Of a DNA stretch of 16,058 nt, positions 1 through 7,629 are shown one piece after another. Below the pieces are notes generated by a model. The model ran no database searches and had not been told where the DNA came from. It was given only the letters and a program-made list of their open reading frames with translations. Made by a program: the position numbers and the translations under genes. Position 1 is the first letter of the stretch; every line of letters starts with the position of its first letter. This DNA is from Giardia intestinalis (taxonomy: Eukaryota), in the NCBI GenBank assembly GCA_000002435.2, contig AACB03000008.1. One strand, 5' to 3'.

Positions 1-10
1 ATAGTGGAGT
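1..10 (+). repeat. 3' tail of an upstream intergenic spacer (ATAGTGGAGT = end of GTGATAG repeat + TGGAGTG junction); array continues upstream of window
   Basis: Identical to the last 10 nt of every other spacer (e.g. 5757-5766, 3843-3852) immediately before a unit start. Confidence 0.6.
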
Positions 11-1858
11 GTGATATGTACAAAGGCCAGTAATGGACTGTGCACTGCTTGTAAGACAGATAACAAGTACATATTCCAGAACAGGGCAGACAAGGTGACT
101 CCTGGTGGGGAGTGCATCTTGTGCTCTGATATCAAGGGAGCGAATGGATATACGGGAGTGGCCAACTGTCTCAAGTGTACGGCACCAGGGAATGCAGGAC
201 CTGCCACGTGTAATACCTGTCAAGAGGGGTACTTCCTAAACAACAAGCTTTGTAAGCCATGCGAGGGGAACTGTGCCACCTGTGAGACATCGGCGACCCA
301 GTGCACATCGTGTCCAGAGGGGAAGTACCTCAATGGGAATCAATGTACTGATAGCTGTGGTAATGATAAGTATGCTGACCCGGAGTCGGGAACATGCAAG
401 GCATGTAGTACGATACACGCAGAGTGCACGGCATGCTCCTTCGACAAGGCCACGGGGAAGCCGAAGTGCACTAACTGCGGGACCAATAAGACCCCCAGGA
501 CGGCCCTCGACGGGACATCGACCTGCGTGGCGAAGACGCTTGAAGGATGCGAGGGCGCTGACGAGGCCTTATTTATGAAGGAGGACAAAACGTGTGCTCT
601 TTGTAGTGATGTGACAGATTCAACTCTTGGTAACGAAGGAAAGGCCAACTGCAAGACATGTACGAAAACAGGAAGTGACAATCCAACCTGCTCAGCCTGT
701 CTCGATGGATACTTCTTTGATAGTGGTACTAGTACATGTACAGACAAGTGTGGTGATAACTGTGCCACATGCTCTGTTGCTGGTGATCCAAATAAGTGTG
801 AAACCTGCAAGACTGGATACTTCTTAGTAACTACTACAGATCAACAGGGGAAGAAGTGCGTCCCATGCGATAGCGTAGACGATAAGGGTCGCGAAGGCTG
901 CAGTGTCTGCTCTAACAACGGTGCTTTCAAGTGCACTGACTGTAAGCCTAACTATCGCAAGGAGGGCAGTACTGGCTCTGTCACATGCACCAAGATCTGT
1001 GAAGATGATACTGCCTGTGGAGGAACTTCTGGTGCCTGCGATGCAATAGTGATTGATGATAAGGGTGTAGAGCATCATTATTGCTCATACTGTGGAGAAG
1101 CTAATACGTATCCTATAGATGGGAAGTGTAATAGTGCTAAAGCAAATAATCAATGTGATCAAGGTGTATGTACACAATGCACTAACAACTACTTCTTGTA
1201 TATGGGAGGTTGTTACAAGGTTGATACAGTACCTGGACAACATATGTGCAAGACAGCAGCCAACGGTGTCTGTACCGCTGTTAATGCCAACAATAGGTAC
1301 TTCATAGTCCCTGGGGCAACCAATCAGAATCAGTCTGTATTGGCATGTAGCAACTCCCTTGGCACACTAGTAGGCACTGGTGATACCTCTAAGGCATATG
1401 TGGGGGTAGATGGCTGTTCGGCATGCACGGCCCCAACAGCTCTGTCTGAGACTGGTATGACTGCTGCTGTGTGTACAGCGTGTACCAACAACAACAAGCC
1501 CAACCTGGCTGGGAGCGGGTGCTTCGCATGTACCGTTGACGGATGCTCGCACTGTGGAGCAGGCGGTAAGTGCGAGGCCTGTACCAGTAAAGACCAGAGG
1601 CCGAACACAGACGGAACGAAGTGCATCGCCTGCAATATCGACGGGTGCGTCAGGTGCAGCGAGGAGAACAAGTGCGGCCAGTGTGGGGACGACTACAGGC
1701 TGGAGGGTGAGGCGTGCGTGTCCACCAAGCCCAGCGGGGGCAACAGAAGCGGCCTCAGTACTGGTGCCATAGCAGGGATCTCCGTGGCTGTCATCGCTGT
1801 CGTGGGGGGCCTCGTGGGCTTCCTCTGCTGGTGGTTCGTGTGCAGGGGGAAGGCGTGA
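11..1858 (+). CDS. VSP-family cysteine-rich type I membrane protein, unit 1 (615 codons). The frame opens after an in-frame TAG at 2-4 and has no in-frame ATG and no signal peptide
   Basis: Open frame to TGA 1856-1858. The C-terminus reads ...GGNRSGLSTGAIAGISVAVIAVVGGLVGFLCWWFVCRGKA* (TM + CRGKA tail). Many CxxC pairs. YFLYMGGCY motif at about 1190-1216. Positions about 370-1858 are near-identical to 4221-5709. Confidence 0.8.
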   Translation: MICTKASNGLCTACKTDNKYIFQNRADKVTPGGECILCSDIKGANGYTGVANCLKCTAPGNAGPATCNTCQEGYFLNNKLCKPCEGNCATCETSATQCTSCPEGKYLNGNQCTDSCGNDKYADPESGTCKACSTIHAECTACSFDKATGKPKCTNCGTNKTPRTALDGTSTCVAKTLEGCEGADEALFMKEDKTCALCSDVTDSTLGNEGKANCKTCTKTGSDNPTCSACLDGYFFDSGTSTCTDKCGDNCATCSVAGDPNKCETCKTGYFLVTTTDQQGKKCVPCDSVDDKGREGCSVCSNNGAFKCTDCKPNYRKEGSTGSVTCTKICEDDTACGGTSGACDAIVIDDKGVEHHYCSYCGEANTYPIDGKCNSAKANNQCDQGVCTQCTNNYFLYMGGCYKVDTVPGQHMCKTAANGVCTAVNANNRYFIVPGATNQNQSVLACSNSLGTLVGTGDTSKAYVGVDGCSACTAPTALSETGMTAAVCTACTNNNKPNLAGSGCFACTVDGCSHCGAGGKCEACTSKDQRPNTDGTKCIACNIDGCVRCSEENKCGQCGDDYRLEGEACVSTKPSGGNRSGLSTGAIAGISVAVIAVVGGLVGFLCWWFVCRGKA

Positions 1859-1909
1859 CTTGGGTAGTGAATGCTATACAATGGGTGATAGTGTGTGATA
1901 GTATGATAG
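1859..1909 (+). repeat. Intergenic spacer 1: extended poly(A) motif + 2.9 copies of the GTGATAG heptamer + TGGAGTGAGAT junction
   Basis: GTGATAG at 1885-1891 and 1895-1901, ATGATAG at 1903-1909. The final TAG (1907-1909) is the in-frame stop preceding unit 2. Confidence 0.7.
1866..1872 (+). terminator. Giardia-type poly(A) signal AGTGAAT (AGTRAAY), 8 nt after the stop, within extended motif ACTTGGGTAGTGAAT (1858-1872)
   Basis: Matches the AGTRAAY consensus at the expected distance from the stop. The same motif follows every unit. Confidence 0.7.
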
Positions 1910-3783
1910 TGGAGTGAGATATGCACAAAGGCTGAGGGAGGACTGTGCACTGCTTGTAAGACAGCTAACGGCCTGTTCAAGAACCCTGATGCAACACCAG
2001 AGAAGGGTAGTGAGTGCATACTGTGCTCTGATACGACAGATAGAAACGGGGTCATGGGAGTCGCTGGATGCTCAGAATGCTCCCACACGGGCACTAGCGG
2101 ACCGGCCACGTGTACAGAGTGTCAAGCAGGGTTCGTACGAAGGACAGTGCATGTGTGAAGTGCGGAGACGGCTGCTCTGCTTGCTCAGCTGATACTCCGA
2201 CTCAGTGTACCGCCTGCGTTGAGGGGAAGTACCTGAAGGATGGTAACACTTGTGTAGATGCTGGTGGATGTGACAATGGTAACTATGCGGACAAGAAGAC
2301 CTGGACCTGTAAGGCCTGCAGTGAGATACAAGGATGCACCGCGTGTGCATACGACGACGCCACGGGAAAGCCGAAGTGCACCGACTGCGGTAGTAAGACG
2401 GTCAGAGACGAGCTGGATGGGACAACGACCTGTGTTGATGAGGCCGAGTGCAAAGTGGGCAAGACGCACTTCTACGACGCCTCGAAGTGCGTGCAGTGCG
2501 GCGACAATGGTAAGGGCGGAGTCCAGAACTGCAAGCTGTGCACCGCAAAAGGCACCTGCGAGGCTTGTGTCGACGGGTATAAAGTCAACGGAAACGCCTG
2601 CGAGGCCTGCACAGGAAACTGCGCAGAGTGCGGAACAGCGGGTCAAATCAACACATGTACAAGATGCATGCCGGGGTACTTCCTTAAGGATGGCCCGCCT
2701 AAGACATGCGTTCTCTGTGATGACGAGACAAGTGGGATTCCAGGCTGTGCCGAGTGCACAGGCGGCGTGGGGTCCCTCAAATGCACTGAATGTAAGCCCA
2801 ACTACAGACCCAGCGGAGAACCTAGCGACCTCACATGTACAAAGACCTGTGAAGATGAGACTGCATGTGGAGGGACAGCAGGGGCCTGCGACGCCATCGT
2901 GGTCGGCAACGACGGCAGCATGCTCTCTTACTGTTCAAAGTGTGTTGGCGCCGGCTATGGCCCTATTAATGGGAAGTGCACCAATGCACTTGCAGGTAAT
3001 ACCTGCGCCGATGGCGTATGTACGCGGTGCACCAACAACTACTTCCTCTATATGGGTGGTTGCTATGATGTGTCGAAGGCTCCTGGCAACCTCATGTGCT
3101 CTGCGGCTCCAAGTGGGTTCTGCACCACACCGGTCGGGCGCTACTTCAAGATTCCTGGGGACTCTGCTGCTCAGCAGTCCGTGCTTGCCTGTGGCAACCC
3201 TGTGGGAGCGACCGCGGGCGACAAGGCGTACGTCGGCGTGCTAGACTGCACGGCGTGCGCGGCCCCGCAGGCGCCAGCCGCCAATGCGATGGCCGCGGCG
3301 GTCTGTAGTGCGTGCGACAAGACGAAGAAGCCCAACAAGGATGGCAGCGGGTGCACCCTGTGTGCGGTCGGCGGGTGCAAGAGCTGCGCCATCGACGGGA
3401 TGTGCGAGGTGTGTGCTGAGGACAATAAGAAGCCCAACATGGCTGGAAGCACCTGCTATGTGTGTCCGGCCCAGGGCTGCTCTCACTGCAGCGCAGACAA
3501 CAAGTGTGAGGCATGTACCAATAAAGACCAGAGACCCAGCCTGGACGGCACCCAGTGCATTGTCTGTGACATAGAGAGGTGCATGCGGTGCAGCGCAGAG
3601 GGCGTCTGCGGGGAGTGCGAGGAGGGCTATGTCCCGAGGGATGGCATGTGTGTGTCCTCTGGCACCAACAGGAGCGGGCTCTCCACGGGGGCCGTCGCGG
3701 GGATCTCCGTGGCTGTCATCGCTGTCGTGGGGGGCCTCGTGGGCTTCCTCTGCTGGTGGTTCGTGTGCAGGGGGAAGGCGTGA
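1910..3783 (+). pseudogene. VSP-family unit 2, disrupted by a 1-nt deletion (between 2136 and 2137) relative to paralog unit 5. The 5' part stops at TGA 2156-2158. The rest (2137-3783, 549 codons) continues in the -1 frame to a normal TM + CRGKA end
   Basis: 1910-2270 aligns with 7630-7990. Unit 5 has GGG TTC GTT ACG AAG (7849-7863) where unit 2 has GGG TTC GT- ACG AAG. The ORF-track entry 2110..3783 ends ...GLSTGAVAGISVAVIAVVGGLVGFLCWWFVCRGKA*. The GGCY motif is present. The 3' two-thirds is GC-richer and diverged from the other units. Confidence 0.6.
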
Positions 3784-3852
3784 CTTGGGTAGTGAATGCT
3801 GTACAATGGGTGATAGAAGGTGATAGTGGGTGATAATGTGTGATAGTGGAGT
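3784..3852 (+). repeat. Intergenic spacer 2: extended poly(A) motif + 4 heptamers (GTGATAG 3810-3816, 3820-3826; GTGATAA 3830-3836; GTGATAG 3840-3846) + TGGAGT
   Basis: Direct reading. TAG 3844-3846 is the in-frame stop before unit 3. Confidence 0.7.
3791..3797 (+). terminator. poly(A) signal AGTGAAT
   Basis: 8 nt downstream of TGA 3781-3783, inside ACTTGGGTAGTGAAT. Confidence 0.7.
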
Positions 3853-5709
3853 GTGATATGCACAGCAGCCAGTGATGGAGTGTGCACTGCTTGTAAGACA
3901 GCTAACGGCCTGTTCAAGAACCCAGTTACACCTCAGAAGCCTGGTAGTGAGTGCATCCTCTGTCATGATGTCAATGGGGCAGATGGATATACAGGGGTGG
4001 CTAACTGCGCACAGTGTACCAAGTCAGACAGTAGTCCAGGACCTGCCACGTGTACAGAGTGCCAAGATGGATACTACAAGAACTCTCAGACATGTGTCAA
4101 ATGTAATGAAGCTTGTCTGACCTGCGATGGAAGTGGTCAGAATCATTGTACATCGTGCCCAGAGGGGAAGTACCTGAAGAGTAATCAATGTGTACAAGAT
4201 ACTGGATGCGATGGAAACACTTATGCTGACCCGGAGTCGGGAACATGCAAGGCATGTAGTACGATACACGCAGAGTGCACGGCATGCTCCTTCGACAAGG
4301 CCACGGGGAAGCCGAAGTGCACTAACTGCGGGACCAATAAGACCCCCAGGACGGCCCTCGACGGGACATCGACCTGCGTGGCGAAGACGCTTGAAGGATG
4401 CGAGGGCGCTGACGAGGCCTTATTTATGAAGGAGGACAAAACGTGTGCTCTTTGTAGTGATGTGACAGATTCAACTCTTGGTAACGAAGGAAAGGCCAAC
4501 TGCAAGACATGTACGAAAACAGGAAGTGACAATCCAACCTGCTCAGCCTGTCTCGATGGATACTTCTTTGATAGTGGTACTAGTACATGTACAGACAAGT
4601 GTGGTGATAACTGTGCCACATGCTCTGTTGCTGGTGATCCAAATAAGTGTGAAACCTGCAAGACTGGATACTTCTTAGTAACTACTACAGATCAACAGGG
4701 GAAGAAGTGCGTCCCATGCGATAGCGTAGACGATAAGGGTCGCGAAGGCTGCAGTGTCTGCTCTAACAACGGTGCTTTCAAGTGCACTGACTGTAAGCCT
4801 AACTATCGCAAGGAGGGCAGTACTGGCTCTGTCACATGCACCAAGATCTGTGAAGATGATACTGCCTGTGGAGGAACTTCTGGTGCCTGCGATGCAATAG
4901 TGATTGATGATAAGGGTGTAGAGCATCATTATTGCTCATACTGTGGAGAAGCTAATACGTATCCTATAGATGGGAAGTGTAATAGTGCTAAAGCAAATAA
5001 TCAATGTGATCAAGGTGTATGTACACAATGCACTAACAACTACTTCTTGTATATGGGAGGTTGTTACAAGGTTGATACAGTACCTGGACAACATATGTGC
5101 AAGACAGCAGCCAACGGTGTCTGTACCGCTGTTAATGCCAACAATAGGTACTTCATAGTCCCTGGGGCAACCAATCAGAATCAGTCTGTATTAGCATGTA
5201 GCAACTCCCTTGGCACACTAGTAGGCACTGGTGATACCTCTAAGGCATACGTTGGGGTACTCAACTGCTCAGCATGCACGGCCCCAACAGCTCCATCTGA
5301 GACTGGTATGACTGCTGCTGTGTGTACAGCGTGTACCAACAACAACAAGCCCAACCTGGCTGGGAGCGGGTGCTTCGCATGTACCGTTGACGGATGCTCG
5401 CACTGTGGAGCAGGCGGTAAGTGCGAGGCCTGTACCAGTAAAGACCAGAGGCCGAACACAGACGGAACGAAGTGCATCGCCTGCAATATCGACGGGTGCG
5501 TCAGGTGCAGCGAGGAGAACAAGTGCGGCCAGTGTGGGGACGACTACAGGCTGGAGGGTGAGGCGTGCGTGTCCACCAAGCCCAGCGGGGGCAACAGAAG
5601 CGGCCTCAGTACTGGTGCCATAGCAGGGATCTCCGTCGCTGTCATCGCTGTCGTGGGGGGCCTCGTGGGCTTCCTCTGCTGGTGGTTCGTGTGCAGGGGG
5701 AAGGCGTGA
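3853..5709 (+). CDS. VSP-family protein, unit 3 (618 codons). No in-frame ATG or signal peptide (frame open from 3847)
   Basis: Ends ...GLSTGAIAGISVAVIAVVGGLVGFLCWWFVCRGKA* at 5709. Has CxxC pairs and a GGCY motif. The 3' 1.49 kb equals unit 1 (offset 3851). The 5' 1.38 kb equals unit 8 (offset 10642). Confidence 0.8.
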   Translation: MICTAASDGVCTACKTANGLFKNPVTPQKPGSECILCHDVNGADGYTGVANCAQCTKSDSSPGPATCTECQDGYYKNSQTCVKCNEACLTCDGSGQNHCTSCPEGKYLKSNQCVQDTGCDGNTYADPESGTCKACSTIHAECTACSFDKATGKPKCTNCGTNKTPRTALDGTSTCVAKTLEGCEGADEALFMKEDKTCALCSDVTDSTLGNEGKANCKTCTKTGSDNPTCSACLDGYFFDSGTSTCTDKCGDNCATCSVAGDPNKCETCKTGYFLVTTTDQQGKKCVPCDSVDDKGREGCSVCSNNGAFKCTDCKPNYRKEGSTGSVTCTKICEDDTACGGTSGACDAIVIDDKGVEHHYCSYCGEANTYPIDGKCNSAKANNQCDQGVCTQCTNNYFLYMGGCYKVDTVPGQHMCKTAANGVCTAVNANNRYFIVPGATNQNQSVLACSNSLGTLVGTGDTSKAYVGVLNCSACTAPTAPSETGMTAAVCTACTNNNKPNLAGSGCFACTVDGCSHCGAGGKCEACTSKDQRPNTDGTKCIACNIDGCVRCSEENKCGQCGDDYRLEGEACVSTKPSGGNRSGLSTGAIAGISVAVIAVVGGLVGFLCWWFVCRGKA

Positions 5710-5766
5710 CTTGGGTAGTGAATGCTGTACAATGGGTGATAGTGTGTGATAGTATGATAGTGGAGT
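5710..5766 (+). repeat. Intergenic spacer 3: poly(A) motif + GTGATAG x2 (5736-5742, 5746-5752) + ATGATAG (5754-5760) + TGGAGT
   Basis: Direct reading. Nearly identical to spacers 1 and 4. Confidence 0.7.
5717..5723 (+). terminator. poly(A) signal AGTGAAT
   Basis: 8 nt after TGA 5707-5709. Confidence 0.7.
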
Positions 5767-7578
5767 GTGATATGCACACAGGCCAGTAATGGAGTATGCA
5801 CTGCTTGTAATACAGATAGTCAGTACATATTCCAGAATGGGGCAGACAAGGTGACCCCTGGTGGGGAGTGCATCCTCTGTCATGATGCCACAGGAGCGAA
5901 TGAGAACAAGGGAGTGGCCAACTGTCTCAAGTGCACGGCACCTGGTGGCAATACAGGAGCGGCCACGTGCACCGAGTGTCAAGATGGGTACTACATGGAC
6001 TCTCAGGCATGTACCAAATGTGATGGTACTTGTCTGACCTGTGAGACATCGGCGACCCAGTGTACCTCTTGTAAGGGAAATACGTTCCTGAAGGATAATG
6101 CATGCGTGAATAGTGATGGATGCACTGGAAACACTTATGCTGACCCTATGACAATGACATGCAAGGAGTCTGGTATAGCAGATTGCACCGCGTGTGAGTA
6201 CAACACGACTGTCAGCAAGCCCCAGTGCACCGCCTGTAACAATAAGAAGGTGAAGACAGAGCTGGATGGGACAACCACTTGCGTCGATGATGCTGGGTGC
6301 GCAACAGATAACGTCGACGGATCCCACTTTCTGAGTGATGATAGCACCAAGTGCATATTATGCAGTGATACAACAACAGGAACAGAAGCAAACGACAAGG
6401 GGATTGCTAATTGTAAAACGTGTAAGAAGAACGGAGCCAAGCCGACCTGCTCAGCTTGCCTCGACGGATACTTTGGTTCTGATACATGCACAGCTTGCGG
6501 TGCCAACTGTGCTACATGCTCTGCTGCTGGCAATGATCAGTGCACTAAATGCAAGCCTGGATTCTTCATGAAACAACCCGGCTCTGCTGGTAAGTGCTTC
6601 GCCTGCGACAGTAAAGCCGACAATGGCATCGAGGGGTGCTCCCAATGTAACAGCGGCCTAACCCCTACATGCACCGATTGCAAGTCCAACTATCGCAAGG
6701 AGGGAACCAATCCGGTGAAGTGCACAAAGGCCTGCGAGGACCCCACGGCCTGCGGGGGGACGTCTGGGGCCTGCGGGGCGGTCGTCGTTGACAGCGCCGG
6801 GGCGTTCTCCCAGTACTGCTCGCTGTGCGGAGACCCCGCCACGTTCCCCATCGATGGGATCTGCACAGGAACTAAGGGTGACAACACCTGTGCCAATGGC
6901 GTCTGCACCCGGTGTGCTGCCGGGTTCTTCCTGTACATGGGCGGCTGCTATGATGTGTCGAAGGCTCCTGGCAGCCACATGTGCAAGACTGCCGAGGGAG
7001 GGAGGTGCACCGCCCCCAGCGAGAACGGCCGGTACTTCCTGGTCCCGGGGGCATCCAATACTGATCAGTCTGTCCTGGCCTGCGAGAACCCCCTAGGCAC
7101 ACTAGTAGGCACTGGTGATACTGCTAAGGCATACGTGGGGGTACTCAACTGTTCACAGTGTACAGCCCCAGCAGCTCCATCTGATGGTGGCATGACTGCC
7201 GCCACGTGCACAGCGTGTACCAACAACAACAAGCCCAACCTGGCTGGGAGCGGGTGCTTCCCATGTACCGTTAGTGGATGCTCGCACTGTGATATGGACA
7301 ACATGTGCGAGGCATGCAGTAGTGGTAAGAAGGTGAGCCCTGGAAGGAAGTCATGCGTGGATAGCTGCCCCAGCAACTCCACTGACACCGACTCTGTCTG
7401 TGTGTGCAACGATGGATACAGCCCTGACAGCAGTGGGACCTCCTGTGCGTCCTCTGGCACCAACAAGAGCGGCCTCAGTACTGGTGCCATAGCAGGGATC
7501 TCCGTCGCTGTCATCGCTGTCGTGGGGGGCCTCGTCGGCTTCCTCTGCTGGTGGTTCATATGTAGAGGGAAGGCGTGA
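5767..7578 (+). CDS. VSP-family protein, unit 4 (603 codons). No in-frame ATG or signal peptide
   Basis: Ends ...NKSGLSTGAIAGISVAVIAVVGGLVGFLCWWFICRGKA*. Has a GGCY motif (FFLYMGGCYDV). 5767 to about 7095 is identical to 9451 to about 10779 in unit 6. Confidence 0.8.
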   Translation: MICTQASNGVCTACNTDSQYIFQNGADKVTPGGECILCHDATGANENKGVANCLKCTAPGGNTGAATCTECQDGYYMDSQACTKCDGTCLTCETSATQCTSCKGNTFLKDNACVNSDGCTGNTYADPMTMTCKESGIADCTACEYNTTVSKPQCTACNNKKVKTELDGTTTCVDDAGCATDNVDGSHFLSDDSTKCILCSDTTTGTEANDKGIANCKTCKKNGAKPTCSACLDGYFGSDTCTACGANCATCSAAGNDQCTKCKPGFFMKQPGSAGKCFACDSKADNGIEGCSQCNSGLTPTCTDCKSNYRKEGTNPVKCTKACEDPTACGGTSGACGAVVVDSAGAFSQYCSLCGDPATFPIDGICTGTKGDNTCANGVCTRCAAGFFLYMGGCYDVSKAPGSHMCKTAEGGRCTAPSENGRYFLVPGASNTDQSVLACENPLGTLVGTGDTAKAYVGVLNCSQCTAPAAPSDGGMTAATCTACTNNNKPNLAGSGCFPCTVSGCSHCDMDNMCEACSSGKKVSPGRKSCVDSCPSNSTDTDSVCVCNDGYSPDSSGTSCASSGTNKSGLSTGAIAGISVAVIAVVGGLVGFLCWWFICRGKA

Positions 7579-7629
7579 CTTGGGTAGTGAATGCTATACA
7601 ATGGGTGATAGTGTGTGATAGTATGATAG
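7579..7629 (+). repeat. Intergenic spacer 4: poly(A) motif + GTGATAG heptamers + junction
   Basis: Same sequence as spacer 1. In-frame TAG at 7627-7629. Confidence 0.7.
7586..7592 (+). terminator. poly(A) signal AGTGAAT
   Basis: 8 nt after TGA 7576-7578. Confidence 0.7.

Noticed and set aside
1859-1913. Possible small intron in the spacer that would splice a leader onto the ICT frame
   Set aside because: There is no Giardia-type 5' splice site (GTATGTT) or fused branch/3' site ([AC]CTRACACACAG) in any spacer. The GTATGA in spacers 1, 3 and 4 is not conserved in spacers 2, 6 and 7.
2258-3244. 328-aa + strand ORF in an alternative frame (Arg/Ala/Pro/Ser/Thr-rich). Similar small + ORFs include 273..578, 1536..1772 and 6788..7096
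   Set aside because: These are off-frame readings of GC-rich VSP coding sequence. They have no start context or motifs, and they overlap the strongly supported VSP frame.
5269-6327. 352-aa minus-strand ORF. Other long minus-strand ORFs include 3241..3966, 7065..7829, 9238..10011, 10786..11457 and 12803..13573
   Set aside because: They lie antisense to VSP coding sequence. Their translations are low-complexity (H/P/S/A/L-rich) with no domain signature. Cys codons TGY and Gly/Ala codons on the + strand leave the reverse strand stop-poor. The same antisense 'ORFs' recur at every repeated segment, as expected for artefacts.
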